This document shows, piece by piece, positions 11,325 to 22,400 of a stretch of 64,000 nt of DNA. The notes beneath the pieces were generated by a model. That model was not told where the DNA came from, did not search any database, and saw only the letters and a list, made by a program, of their open reading frames with translations. Position 1 is the first letter of the stretch. Each line of letters opens with the position of its first letter. The DNA is from an uncultured Ruficoccus sp. (GTDB taxonomy: Bacteria > Verrucomicrobiota > Verrucomicrobiia > Opitutales > Cerasicoccaceae), in assembly GCA_965140785.1 (NCBI GenBank), contig OZ223514.1, forward strand, positions 64,001 to 128,000. Reading direction: 5' to 3'. The translations under genes were made by a program, and so were the position numbers.

Positions 11325-13208
11325 ATGTCCTTTTTCAATCGGAAACCGAAAGGCGGGCCGGCGGGGCCGCAGGCGGAGTTTCTCAATCTGAGTTACAGTA
11401 ATCACAAGGTGCTGTACAGCTACCTGCGCTTCTACGCGGAGCACCGCTGGAAACTGGCCGGGGCTCTGGTTTTAAACCTGATCAAGTCCAGCCCGACATG
11501 GGTTACGCCCATCATTACGGCGAATATCCTGAACCTGCTCGACCCCAAGCACATGGTGGGCGGCTCCTATGCGCCGGGCCTGATGCCCCTGCTGGCGTTC
11601 CAGGCGATGATCGGCGCGATCATAATCCTGCAGAACATCCCGACCCACATCTGGTACGTGTGGGAGTTCAGCAAGGTCAACCGCAAGGTGGAGCGGGGGC
11701 TGCGCTCGAGCCTGTGCGAGCGTTTGCAGCACCTGTCGATCCCTTATCACCAGAACAGCCAGATGGGGGTGATGCAGACCAAGGTGCTGCGCGATGTCGA
11801 GAACGTGGAGATGCTGACCCGGATGCTCATCGACACCCTGCCGAACATCATCGTCACCTTCTGTGTGGCGCTCGCTGTCACCTCCATGCGCGCGCCGCAG
11901 TTCCTGCTCTTTTACCTCGTCACGATTCCGACGGCGGTGGTGGTTTACAAGTCCATCGGCAGCCACATGAAGCAGCGCAACCAGGACTTTCGCCACAGCA
12001 TCGAGGACATGTCCGGGCGCATCATCGAAATGCTGCGCCTGATCCCGGTCACGCGCGCCCACAATGTCGAAAGCACCGAGCTTGAGCGGGTCAACGTCAA
12101 GCTCGACGAGGTCAAGCACCGGGGGCTGCGTCTCGATGTGACCAACAGCATCTTCGGCTCGATCAACTGGGTCGTCTTCATGGCCTTCAACCTGCTCACG
12201 CTGGTGGTGGCCGTCTGGCTCAACCTCTCCGGCAGGATGAGTATCTCGGTCGGGAACATCGTCCTGATCACCACCTACTTCAACTCGATCACCGGCGCGG
12301 TCATGGGCCTGATGAACGTGGTGCCCGCCCTCGCCAAGGGGCTGGAGTCCGTCAAATCCATCGGGGAGATCCTTGAGTGCCCCGACATCGAGAAAAACGA
12401 GGATAAGCCGAAGCTGGACCGCGTCACCGGCCATTTCGAGTTCCAGAAGCTCTGCTTCAGCTACAACAATACCGACCGGGTGACGCTGCACGAGGTCGAG
12501 CTGGACGTGAAGCCCGGCGAAATGATCGCCCTGGTCGGTCCTTCCGGCTCCGGCAAGTCCACCCTCATGCAGCTGCTGATCGGCTTCATCCGCCCGACCG
12601 AGGGACGCATCCTGCTGGACGGACGGGACATGAATGAGATCGACCTGCGCAGCTACCGGCGCTACATCTCGGTGGTCAGCCAGGAGTCGATTCTGTTCGA
12701 CGGCACCATTGCCGATAACATCACTTACGGCGCCAAGGATCCGACCCCGGAGATGATCGAAAGTGCGATCAAAAGCGCCAACCTGCACGAGTTTATCAAG
12801 TCACTGCCGGAGGGCCTGGACACGCGGGTCAAGGAGAACGGCGCACGTCTCTCCGGCGGGCAGAAGCAGCGCATGGCCATAGCTCGAGCCCTGCTGCGCG
12901 ACCCGCGCGTGCTCCTGCTGGACGAGGCCACCAGCGCGCTCGATGTGGAGTCCGAGGCTCTTATCCAAGATGCCTTGAATCGTCTGATCAAGGGACGTAC
13001 GACCTTCATCGTGGCCCACCGTCTCTCCACCATCCGCCACGCTGACCGCATTGTCGTGCTCCACCATGGCAAAATCCGCGAAATCGGCTCTCACGACGAG
13101 TTGCTCAGCAAAAAGGGCATCTACTACCGCATGCACCGCCTCCAGAGCGAGCATACCTCCAGAGAGGAGGCAGTCTCCATCGGGCTGGATCTGGAGTCGG
13201 AGCCGTGA
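11325..13208 (+). CDS. ABC exporter, fused permease/ATP-binding protein
   Basis: TM N-half; GPSGSGKS, LSGGQKQR, LLLDEATSALD, IVAHRLST. Confidence 0.93.
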   Translation: MSFFNRKPKGGPAGPQAEFLNLSYSNHKVLYSYLRFYAEHRWKLAGALVLNLIKSSPTWVTPIITANILNLLDPKHMVGGSYAPGLMPLLAFQAMIGAIIILQNIPTHIWYVWEFSKVNRKVERGLRSSLCERLQHLSIPYHQNSQMGVMQTKVLRDVENVEMLTRMLIDTLPNIIVTFCVALAVTSMRAPQFLLFYLVTIPTAVVVYKSIGSHMKQRNQDFRHSIEDMSGRIIEMLRLIPVTRAHNVESTELERVNVKLDEVKHRGLRLDVTNSIFGSINWVVFMAFNLLTLVVAVWLNLSGRMSISVGNIVLITTYFNSITGAVMGLMNVVPALAKGLESVKSIGEILECPDIEKNEDKPKLDRVTGHFEFQKLCFSYNNTDRVTLHEVELDVKPGEMIALVGPSGSGKSTLMQLLIGFIRPTEGRILLDGRDMNEIDLRSYRRYISVVSQESILFDGTIADNITYGAKDPTPEMIESAIKSANLHEFIKSLPEGLDTRVKENGARLSGGQKQRMAIARALLRDPRVLLLDEATSALDVESEALIQDALNRLIKGRTTFIVAHRLSTIRHADRIVVLHHGKIREIGSHDELLSKKGIYYRMHRLQSEHTSREEAVSIGLDLESEP

Positions 13209-13291
13209 CGCGGCGTTGGGCCGGGGACGCGCCGCCGCCACCGGCTCCGGCGGCAACGGCCGGGCGCTCAGGGTAGGTTGATCGAAGTGCC

Positions 13292-13834
13292 CTATTGTGC
13301 GGGGGGTGCTTTTTCGGCTGTCGTTTCCGCCTGGGCTGCTTCGAGCCTGGACTTCAGCGCGGGGTATTTCTCGGCGGCCTCTTCGATCTTCTGGCGCAGT
13401 TTTTGGGTCGTCGCCTGCATTTCAGATCCCCAGCCGCCCAGATAATTCTTATCTGAACTGTCGATGTAATAGCGTGCAATCCGGTCGATACAGAAAGTCT
13501 TAGCCTCCTCGTCTTTATTTTCCTCCAGAAACTTCAAAACAGCAAGCGACACGGTGGTCGTGAATATGGCGTCATTTTCATACTGTTTGCGGATGGACCG
13601 GTTCATCTTGGCGACATTGGCTGTAAACACAGCCGCCTGCTCAGGTGTGATTCCCTGACTGGCAATCGATTCGTAATACTCTTGCACCTCTTCGTCCGTC
13701 CAGCCGTAAAGGTTTTTTAGCTGGGAAACTTCGCCGGGCGGGTGGAGCCAGCGTTGCCAGCCCATCCCGGCGCGGAAGCTGATCGCCATGAGGGTGAGGG
13801 CGACAGCGATGAAGAGCAGGGTTTTCCGTTTCAT
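13292..13834 (-). CDS. Hypothetical exported protein
   Basis: 180-aa ORF with signal-like N-terminus, lower GC than neighbours. Confidence 0.7.
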   Translation of the reverse strand: MKRKTLLFIAVALTLMAISFRAGMGWQRWLHPPGEVSQLKNLYGWTDEEVQEYYESIASQGITPEQAAVFTANVAKMNRSIRKQYENDAIFTTTVSLAVLKFLEENKDEEAKTFCIDRIARYYIDSSDKNYLGGWGSEMQATTQKLRQKIEEAAEKYPALKSRLEAAQAETTAEKAPPAQ

Positions 13835-13870
13835 CGTGGGGGGCTGCTTCTTTTACTGTCTAGGCTTACG

Positions 13871-13934
13871 CGGGGTAGCGGCCTTTGTGGACGCGAAGGG
13901 AGCGAAGCCCCTCAGTACCAGGGGGTGTAACCCG
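13871..13934. repeat. Dispersed repeat family A, copy 1
   Basis: ggggtagc-gccttt...gggtgtaacccg; similar to 18381-18444 and reverse complement of 52387-52449. Confidence 0.8.
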
Positions 13935-15572
13935 CTAGAACTCTTCCGGGGTGGCCATCTTGTCGCCGACGGCGACGAGGTCGCGGATGATGCCCTGGGC
14001 GGTGGCACCGGAGTAGTAGTAGCCGAGGGTGCGCAGGGTTTCCTGCATGTCTTCCCGGGTGGCTTTGAGGTCAGGCTTTTGCTTTTGCTTGACGTAGAGG
14101 AAGACGGCGTCGGGGCCGAAGCGCAGCATGGGCGAGACTTCGCCCTGCTTCATGTCCATGAGCTGGTAAAAGTAGTACTGCGGCAGGCCCTCGGGCGGGT
14201 CCATGAGGGTGAACCCGTCGAAGCTCTTGGTCTCGAAGCCGTTCTTTTTGGCCACGGCGGTGAAGGAGCCGCTATTGTCCACGGCCTGCTGGAGCTGGTC
14301 GTGGATCTGAGTGCCGAACTCGGTGAAGGCGCGGTTGGTCTCGACGTTGGTGTAGTCGGCCACGACGCGGTCGCGGACGGTGTCGAGGGCGGGCATTTTG
14401 GCCGGGATCTGCTCGCCGCGGAAGAGTACGTAAGCGCCCTTGGGGCCGGGGATGGCGTCGCTGTAGAGGCGGCGGTCGGTCAGGGCCGCGGCGGCGGCCG
14501 TGGCCTGGGCTGGGAGCGGGAAGTCCTTCGGCGGGGACGCGGCGGTAAAGGCCGGGGTGGTCTGCACCTCGTAGCCCTTATCCTTGACGAAGGCGAGCAG
14601 GGCCTTCTCGTCGCCGGGCTGGATTTCCTTGGCCGTGTAGGCTTTGTAAATATCAACGGTGAGCTGGCTGGCGGCCTGGGCGGCCTTGTCTACGGCCTGG
14701 GGCTGTTGCCAGGCCTTGACGACAGTCTCGCGGATGTCTTCGAGGGGCTTGGCTGAGTCGTTGTCGCCTTTTTCCCACTTGGAGATGTTGCGGATGTAGT
14801 AGGCGTCAAGCTCGTCTTCGGTGGGGGCTGGCACCTCGCTGAGGTAGTCGGAGGCGTCGAAAAAGACGTAGTTGGCGGTCATCTGGGCGGGGAGCTTGTA
14901 GCGTTCGCCGGCCTGCTCGAAGAAGGTCTTGATGTCGTCCTCGGTCGGCTCGACCGTGGTCTTGAAGTTGGCCGCGCTCATGGTGGCGGTCTCGACGGAC
15001 CACTTGGTGCGGGTCTGCTCCTCCTGACGCTCGACCATGTAGGGCAGGACGTAGCCGGGGCCGGAGATGGCTTCGGCGGCCTGCTGGATGCGCCAGTCCT
15101 GCGAAATAATGCCCACGACCATTTCCTGGTCATAGCGGTTGGTGTTGGCGAGGTTATCGACGAAGGCGGTGTAGGCGTTGTTGCTGAAGGAGCCGGTCTG
15201 CGGGTCGGTGAAGGCCGGGAGGCTGCGGATGAGGCCGGCGAGCTGCTTCTCGGTGGGGGCCGGGACTTCCAGGGTGTCGGCGAGGTAGAGCATGACGGCA
15301 CGCTGCTTCATGGCGGCCTCGTAGTTGACCTGCTGAGGGTTGCGCCCGTTGAGGATGAAGCTCATCTCCACGCCGCGGGCGAGCTCCTGTTTGACCTGCT
15401 GGGAGGAGAGGTTGAATCCGAGGAAATTACGCGTGTACTCGGAGCGGTTGGGGTTGCCGATGCCGGGAACGGCCCCGATCGTGAACACAAAGGCGACGAT
15501 GATGACGATGAGCAGCGCGCCAAAGAGCCACTTGTGGTGCCGCTGAATGATGGTCTGAATCCAGGAGATCAT
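13935..15572 (-). CDS. PpiD/SurA N-terminal-domain periplasmic chaperone
   Basis: MISWIQ...IVAFVF membrane anchor, FTDPQTGSFSNNAY, helical repeats typical of PpiD. Confidence 0.75.
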   Translation of the reverse strand: MISWIQTIIQRHHKWLFGALLIVIIVAFVFTIGAVPGIGNPNRSEYTRNFLGFNLSSQQVKQELARGVEMSFILNGRNPQQVNYEAAMKQRAVMLYLADTLEVPAPTEKQLAGLIRSLPAFTDPQTGSFSNNAYTAFVDNLANTNRYDQEMVVGIISQDWRIQQAAEAISGPGYVLPYMVERQEEQTRTKWSVETATMSAANFKTTVEPTEDDIKTFFEQAGERYKLPAQMTANYVFFDASDYLSEVPAPTEDELDAYYIRNISKWEKGDNDSAKPLEDIRETVVKAWQQPQAVDKAAQAASQLTVDIYKAYTAKEIQPGDEKALLAFVKDKGYEVQTTPAFTAASPPKDFPLPAQATAAAAALTDRRLYSDAIPGPKGAYVLFRGEQIPAKMPALDTVRDRVVADYTNVETNRAFTEFGTQIHDQLQQAVDNSGSFTAVAKKNGFETKSFDGFTLMDPPEGLPQYYFYQLMDMKQGEVSPMLRFGPDAVFLYVKQKQKPDLKATREDMQETLRTLGYYYSGATAQGIIRDLVAVGDKMATPEEF

Positions 15573-15674
15573 GATCGGTGATAGAGTAAAAAGTGATGGA
15601 AACGCGCCAGCGTGGCCGTCCGCCGCCCTCCTGTCAAGAGTTCCGGCACTCCTGCGCCTCGGCGTTAATCCCGC

Positions 15675-17208
15675 TCAGGCTGACGTGAAGAGTTCCTTGA
15701 GGCTCTTTTTGCCGGCATCGTTGGACTTGTAGTCCAGGAGGCGCTCCTCGTACTGGTTGAGGACGGGGTCGGAGTACTTGATCAGGCCCATACCCTCGTT
15801 GTTGCCGCGGGTTTCGAGGCTTTCCTTGAAGCTGGCCAGGGTGATGTGTTCCAGCGGGCGGGCCGGCAGGTAGCGGGAGGATTCCGCGTGCGTGTCCGAG
15901 TCGTTTTCGACCGGGCTGAGGTAGCCGATGTCCACCAGTTGCGAGAGGCACTCGTTGAGGATATTGGCCGGGACGCGGATCTTGTCCGCCAGGTCGTCCG
16001 CGCTGTAGGGCTTTTCGCACTTGTCGAAGCGCCGGGCGACCATCAGCAGGGCGACCAGGCTGAGAGTTTCGCGGGTGCGCAGGCTGACGTTTTCCCAGGC
16101 GCGTTGGTTGGTCAGGTTGTTGACATTCTGGATGGCGAAGGACAACTGCCCGCCCAGCAGCAGGATGACCCAGAACAGCCACAACCCGAAGAGGAAGATC
16201 GGCAGGATACTGACCACGCCCCAGAATGCTTCCCTGCCGGATGACGAAGCCCACGTAGAAAAAACTCAGCCATTTGCTGATGTTGAGCAGGAGCGTTACG
16301 ACCAGTGCGCCGAGAAAGGCCGGCATCCAGCGCACGTGGGTGTTCGGGATGAAACGGTTGAAGATCGCCACCAGCGTGACGATACTGATGAAGGTCCACA
16401 GCGGCGCCAGCCACAGGAACGAGTCTTTAAAAAGGTAGCCGAGCGGAATGTGGTCGAACTGCTGGGCAATTCGTCCGTAAATGCCGATACTTACCGAGGT
16501 GAAGCCCAGCAGCGTGCCCAGGCTGATCAGGGTCCAGTAGAAGACGATGCGCTGAAGGATCTTACGGCCCTGGCGCACGCCCCAGATCTGGTTAAACGTC
16601 TTCTCGATGGTGGAAAGGAGTTGCACGCTGAGCCAGATCAGTGTGAGCGAACCGACGATCCCGAGTGAGCCCGAGCGGGCGTTGCGCACGACCTCTTGGA
16701 GAAATTTGACGATATCCGGGGACACGGAAGCCTTTTCTTTTTCCCCATTCTCTTTTTCCACCACGACTTCGCCTTCTTGGGCATCCGGCTGGTTGTCGTG
16801 GTCGGCGTCGTACTGGTCGAGCTCCATGAAGGAGGCCTGCTCGGCGGGCGGAGCCACGAAGTAAATAAGCTTGGTCAGGTTCTCGACAATGAGATCCTCG
16901 GCGTTGTCGCCTTTGAGCACAAAGCCCGAGACCATGATGACAATGGCCAGCAGGGGGCCGATGGCGATCAGGGTGTAGTAGCTGAGGGCACCGGCCTGGC
17001 TGGGGATGAGGTTGCGTAGGATGCCCTCCCACGTGATGGAGAGCACCCGCAGCAGGGCGAAGCCCGAGCCGCGCAGGCTTTTTTCGTGCACCTTGTCGGT
17101 TTCCCAGATCTCGTTGCCGATGAGGTGGGGCAGGGAGACGACCCAGTCCTTCACTTGGGTGAAAGCGCGGGCGAAGCGGGACGGTTGCTTGTCCTGATCG
17201 GATGGCAT
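15675..17208 (-). CDS. YihY/virulence factor BrkB family membrane protein with C-terminal winged helix (one frameshift near 16225)
   Basis: QAGALSYYTL, IEKTFNQIW, FIPNTHV, then ILPIFLFGLWLFWVILLLG in another frame. Confidence 0.85.
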
Positions 17209-17211
17209 AGG

Positions 17212-17378
17212 CTAGGCTGTGTCTTCAAATTACGGAACGAGTCCGCGAAGGTTGGTTTTGAGAACGTATTTTGGCTTTCGAGGTGAGGCAAATCCAGATT
17301 TGTCGAGCCGAGGAAATGAAATACGGGCCAAAATCCGACCGAGGGGGCGACTTGAGATAATTTGAAGACGCAGCCTAG
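17212..17378. mobile_element. MITE (non-autonomous IS derivative), 167 bp including CTAG ends
   Basis: Terminal inverted repeats ctaggctgtgtcttcaaatta / taatttgaagacgcagcctag, 20/21 match; CTAG at both ends. Confidence 0.8.
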
Positions 17379-18130
17379 ATAAACGACAGGACGGCCAGTG
17401 CGCCGAAGCTGGCGATGCCGAGCACGGCAAAGAGGATCATCGCGTAGAGGTTCAGGGTGACGGTGCACACGTAAAGGGCGAGGGAGCCCACGGCGACGGC
17501 CAGGCTCTGGGGCAGTTCCCCCCAAGCCCAGTAAATATAGGTGAAGAAGCCCAGGCCCAGCATAGCCCGCACCCGGATGAGCGGGAAGGCATCCGTGGCC
17601 GAAAGCAGGCAGCACAGCAGGAAAAAGACATCCACCAGCCCCAGAATGAGCATCGGGTACTCCAGCAGGAGCGACCAGGTGCGCTCTTCCTTGATGGTCA
17701 TGACGACATCCCAGTAGGGGAAGATGTCGATGAAGGCGCACAGCGCCAACATGAGGGCCAGCGCGGGCAGAGAGATGGACGCCGCCTTGTTCATGCGCTT
17801 TTCCTGGGCTTTGAGATGCTTGGTCTCGGCGGAGGTGCCCTCTGCGGCGGCCAGCATTTCGTCCACCGTGACGGGCGGGCGGGCGGATTCGTCGCTCTCG
17901 ATAGGCGGAGGCAAGCCTCGGGCTTTGAGATGAATGCGCTTCTCTTCGGGGTGGAGGATCGGCTGGAATTCCTTCCCTTCGGAAAGGGGGCACCAGTCTT
18001 CGCGCTCCTCGTCATAATAGAGGGTGTCAGCGCTGGCGCGTCCGGCCGCGACCAAGTCGGCGATGCGTTCGGGGGTATAGGGCCCTCTGGCCTCTTCCGA
18101 GTCGGCTTCCCTGATATAGTACTCCGCCAT
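17375..18130 (-). CDS. GYF_2 (DUF4339)-domain membrane protein
   Basis: YYIR...RGPYT...TLYYDEEREDW N-terminal domain followed by about 5 TM helices. Confidence 0.8.
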   Translation of the reverse strand: MAEYYIREADSEEARGPYTPERIADLVAAGRASADTLYYDEEREDWCPLSEGKEFQPILHPEEKRIHLKARGLPPPIESDESARPPVTVDEMLAAAEGTSAETKHLKAQEKRMNKAASISLPALALMLALCAFIDIFPYWDVVMTIKEERTWSLLLEYPMLILGLVDVFFLLCCLLSATDAFPLIRVRAMLGLGFFTYIYWAWGELPQSLAVAVGSLALYVCTVTLNLYAMILFAVLGIASFGALAVLSFI

Positions 18131-18380
18131 GCAGACCGTAGGATAAACCAATTGGGGTGGGTTGGAGCAAGACTAAAGGCCGTCCGGGCAACTCCTTAGG
18201 GACGCCAGGTGGCGAGCCTGAAAGGGGAGCGGGAGAAGTATGGATAATGCCCCTTTTAAACGGCTTGGATAAAGAAGTAGGATTTAACAGGAAGGCCGGA
18301 AAGCCCGAAGAGAAGGCAGGAAGAAATGGTATCAGGAGTCGTGACGGTCAACTTTCTCGGGCTCTACGGTTTGCGGTGTC

Positions 18381-18444
18381 GGGGGTAGCCGCCTTTCTGG
18401 CGGCGTAGGGGCAGCGCCCCTCATTGCCCGCGGGTGCAACCCGC
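18381..18444. repeat. Dispersed repeat family A, copy 2
   Basis: ggggtagccgcctttctggcggcgtaggggcagcgcccctcattgcccgcgggtgcaacccg, directly after the aat stop. Confidence 0.8.
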
Positions 18445-19115
18445 CTACCATTTGCCCATGCGGGTGGGGGCGGCGACGGCGTTGGCAAGCGTCCGTAGGA
18501 AGGTCTCCCGCTCCCAGCAAGTAGCGCCGAAGCTGGCCAGGTAGCGGGTGGGCTGCTGGCAATCGATGAGCTGGAACTCCCCACTGGCGCAGCCGCTCGA
18601 CCAGCCGGACGAAGGCGACCTTGGAGGCGTTGGGCACGCGATGGAAACATACTTTCGCCGAAAAAGGCGGCCCCGAGGCTGACCCCGTACAGACCCCCGG
18701 CCAGCTTGCCCTCGTGCCAGCACTCCACGCTGTGGGCGTAGCCGGCGGTGTACAGTTCCTGATAGGCCTTTATCATCTCATCGACGATCCAGGTGCCGTC
18801 CTGACCAGGGCGGTTGGCCCGGGCGCAGCCGCGGATGACCTGCCCGAAAGCCTGGTCGAAGGTGACTTCCCAGCAGTCTTTTTTCAACTCCTTGGCCAGA
18901 CTGTGGGAGACTTTCAGCTCGCGCGGCAGCAGGACGAAGCGCGGGTCCGGGCACCACCACAGGATCGGCTCGCCGGCATTGTACCAGGGGAAAATGCCCC
19001 GGCTGTAGGCTTCGATCAAGCGCAGCACAGAGAGGTCGCCCCCCGACGGCCAGGGGGGGCGTCGGCGGGGGGCGTCTCGAGGATCAGGAAAAGCGTTTGT
19101 AAAACGCGGCTGCAT
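18445..19115 (-). CDS. aat: Leucyl/phenylalanyl-tRNA--protein transferase (frameshifted)
   Basis: GGDLS, AYSRGIFPW, WWCPDPR, AHSVECW, FFGESMF, NASKVA, QLIDCQQ spread over three frames. Confidence 0.9.
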
Positions 19116-19146
19116 GCTTCAATATATCCTATTTTAGCGAAAACGT

Positions 19147-19530
19147 ATGCCGCAACACCAGAACGAACCCGCCCGCGACCCGATTGCCCTGGTCGAAGAG
19201 GGCGACCTTTGACTTTACCCTGGGGGATAACGAGGAGGCGCTGCGCAAGCTGCGCCGCGCCCAGGGACATGGCGCCTGCCTGCTTCGAGGCCTGGCACGC
19301 GATGACCGAGGTTTATGTCTCCATGGAGGACTACGAGCGCGCCCTGGCGGCCGCGACCCGCGCCTTTGAGATCAAGCCCGACGACATCCACATCAACACC
19401 AGCCTCTCGCGCATTTGGATGCACAAGGGCGACAAGAAGATGGCCGAGCACTTCGGGGCCAAGGCCCCGCACCCTCGGCTGGAAGGAAGAGCTTAGCTCG
19501 GATGAGGACAATGAGCCCGGCCCGGCCTGA
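19147..19530 (+). CDS. Small TPR protein (frameshifted)
   Basis: ATFDFTLGD...EAWHAMTEVY...PDDIHINTSLSRIW TPR-like helices across frames. Confidence 0.65.
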
Positions 19531-19602
19531 TTTTAGGGTTCCCATCCGGGCCATTTCCTTTGCACAATACCTGCTGACCATTGAGGACGACTCCCGACAC
19601 CT

Positions 19603-20573
19603 ATGAGTAAAGCTACTTTCACCCTGGACTTTGAGAAGCCGATCCAACTCCTGCGCGACCAGCTCGAAGAGCTGCGCAAAAGCTCCGCCGAGAGCAACAT
19701 GGACGTTGCGGACGAGATTCGCGCCATCGAGGCGAAAATCACCGAGACCAAGAAGCGCGTCCACGCCGACCTCACGCCCTGGCAGAAGGTCCAGCTCGCC
19801 CGCCATCCGCAGCGGCCCTACACGCTCGACTACATCGGGCAGCTGTTCGAAGACTTTCAGGAGTTGCACGGGGACCGACAGTTCCGCGACGACCGCGCGA
19901 TCGTCGGCGGCACCGCGCTCTTCGACGGGCGCCCCGGTCATGGTCATCGGCCAGCAGAAGGGGCGCACGACCAAGGAGAATCTCGCCCGCAACTTCGGCT
20001 GCCCCAACCCTGAAGGCTACCGCAAGGCCCTGCGCCTGATGAAAATGGCCGAAAAATTCGGCATGCCCGTACTTTGCCTGATCGACACGCCCGGAGCCTA
20101 TCCGGGTGTCGGGGCCGAGGAGCGCCACGTGGCGGAGGCCATCGCGGTCAACATTCGCGAGATGAGCAACCTGCGTGTGCCGATCATCGCCACCGTCATC
20201 GGCGAGGGTGGTTCCGGCGGCGCGCTCGGTATCGCCGTGGCCGACCGCGTGCTCATCCTCCAGAACGCCTACTACTCGGTCATTTCGCCCGAAGGCTGCG
20301 CGGCCATCCTCTGGAAGGGACCGTTCGCACTCGGCCCCGCGCGGCTGAAGCGCTCAAGATCACGGCGGACAAACTCCTGGAGCTGGGCATCGTGGACGAA
20401 ATCATTGACGAGCCCCCTCGGCGGCGCCCACACCGACCGCGAGACCACGGGCGAAAATTTCCGCGCCGTCCTCAAGCGCCAGCTCGACGAAGTCTCCGGC
20501 CTGAGCCAGGAGAAGATGCTCGACGCCCGCTACGACAAGTTCCGCAAGATGGGCGTGTTTTGCAGAGGCGTAA
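19603..20573 (+). CDS. accA: Acetyl-CoA carboxylase carboxyltransferase alpha subunit (several frameshifts)
   Basis: [58 protein letters not shown]; end coordinate approximate. Confidence 0.93.
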
Positions 20574-20723
20574 GTTGCCTGCTAGTGTACCGAGTGGTAA
20601 GTGTTCGGCATAATTGGGTGGTCCGGTTTTGATGCTTTGCTTCTGCGATTGGCGCGGGCTGCGTAAGCCCGCAATCAATAGGCCGCGAACTTCAAATTCG
20701 GGACACTAGATATTGCTGGAGGG

Positions 20724-21508
20724 TTACAGCTCCAGCCGCAGTCCGTCGTAGGCGAGGTTCACGCCGTCGGGGAGCTTGGCGGACCAGGTATCGTGGTCGA
20801 CTTGGAAGGTCAGGTGGGTGAGCCAGGTTCTGGGGGGGCGCCGAATTTTTTGGGCGGCTTCGATGGCCTCGCCGATGCTCATGTGGCTTGGGTGTTCGCT
20901 CGGGCGCAACCCGTCTAGGGCGACCGCGTCGGCCCCGACGGCCAGCTCATAGCCGCGCTCGGTGATCTCTTTGCAATCGTTGTAATAGACGAATTTGCTG
21001 CCGCTGGATTTCTCCACGAAGACCAGCCCGAGCGTCTCGAAGGTGCCGTGCGGGAGCAGGGGTGGAGTAAATGGTCCCGCCGGGCACTTCTAGTTTTTCG
21101 GGCATCATGACGGGGCGGAAGGCGGCATAGCCCTTACGCACCGGCTTCTCCCCGATGGCGTAGGGGAAAACCTGGCTCACGCGGCCCAGGCCCTCCTCGG
21201 AGCCAAAGACCTCGATCGCGCTAAAATTGCGCAGGTCGCAGAAGCGCCGCAGGTCGTCCATACCCATGAGATGGTCGGCGTGGCCGTGGGTGAGGATAAA
21301 GGTATCGATTTGGCGCAGGTCGTGGCGCAGGCATTGTATGCGGAATTCCGGCCCGGCGTCGATCTGGACGTGCCAGCCGTCCATGACGATGTGCATGGCG
21401 CAGCGGGTGCGCCAGTTTTTTCGGGTTGGTCAGGTCGCAGCCCTCGTTGTCGTGCGCGATCATGGGGACGCCCTGTGAAGTACCCGTGCCTAGAAATGTG
21501 ACTTCCAT
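20724..21508 (-). CDS. MBL-fold metallo-hydrolase (PhnP-like), frameshifted
   Basis: FLGTGTSQGVP, IDAGPEFR, THGHADH..GMDDLR, HPSH, THL, AYDGL. Confidence 0.88.
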
Positions 21509-21701
21509 ATGCCTGAGACCATGCAATAGACGGTCCCTCTCAGACGGAAGCAAAAACCGCGCCGTGACCGAGTCTTAACGGGTGTGCCCGGTGAAAGAAA
21601 AACGCCTTTGAGCCCTAGTGGCGCCGACGGTGTTTTACTGGCGGGCGGAAAAATGCGGGTCCATGCTGGCCAGGCAGGCTGAAATGGGACAGACTGTGGG
21701 C

Positions 21702-22400
21702 ATGAGCACCGCTGATTCCCGGAAAATCCTCATCACCGGCGTGACCCGCGGCCTCGGGCGGGCGCTGGTGGAAAAGTTCACCGCTCTCGGCCACACCGTG
21801 ATCGGCTGCGGCCGGCGTTTCGAGGCGGTGGAAGCCGTGCGGCGCGAGCTCGATCCCGACCCGTACCTTTCCCTTGTCGATGTGCTCGACGCCGAGGCCG
21901 TGCAGGCTTGGGCACTCGATGTTCAGGATCGCTTCGGGCCGCCGGACCTGTTGATCAACAACGCCGGGGTGGCACACGAGAACCAGCCCTTCTGGGAGCT
22001 GCCCAAGGAGGACTATGACCGGGTGATCGACATCAACGTGAAAGGCCCGGCCAACGTCATGCGGGCTTTTCTGCCGGGGATGATCGCGCGCGGCAGCGGA
22101 ATCGTGGTTAACATCAGCTCCGGGGTGGTCCACGGCGTGGTCGAGCACTATGCCGCTTACATCGCCTCCAAGCACGCCGTCGAGGGCCTGAGCAAAGCCG
22201 TCGCCAAGGACTTGCCCGATGGCCTGGCTTGCATCCCGCTCTCGCCGGGGGTGATCGACACGGACATGCTCCGCGGCCACTGGGGCGAGAAGCGTTCCGG
22301 CGAGCAGGACGGTGCCACCGCCTGGGCCGAATACGCCGCCCCCTACATCCTCGGCCTCACCGTCGAGCAGAGCGGCGAATCCCTCCGCATCCCGCAATAG
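21702..22400 (+). CDS. Short-chain dehydrogenase/reductase
   Basis: ITGVTRGLG, LINNAG, NISS, YIASK. Confidence 0.92.
   Translation: MSTADSRKILITGVTRGLGRALVEKFTALGHTVIGCGRRFEAVEAVRRELDPDPYLSLVDVLDAEAVQAWALDVQDRFGPPDLLINNAGVAHENQPFWELPKEDYDRVIDINVKGPANVMRAFLPGMIARGSGIVVNISSGVVHGVVEHYAAYIASKHAVEGLSKAVAKDLPDGLACIPLSPGVIDTDMLRGHWGEKRSGEQDGATAWAEYAAPYILGLTVEQSGESLRIPQ

Noticed and set aside
19603..20573. accA (and aat, rsmG, metH) as pseudogenes or programmed frameshifts
   Set aside because: Multiple scattered indels in essential genes without slippery-site/hairpin signals; sequencing error is more likely
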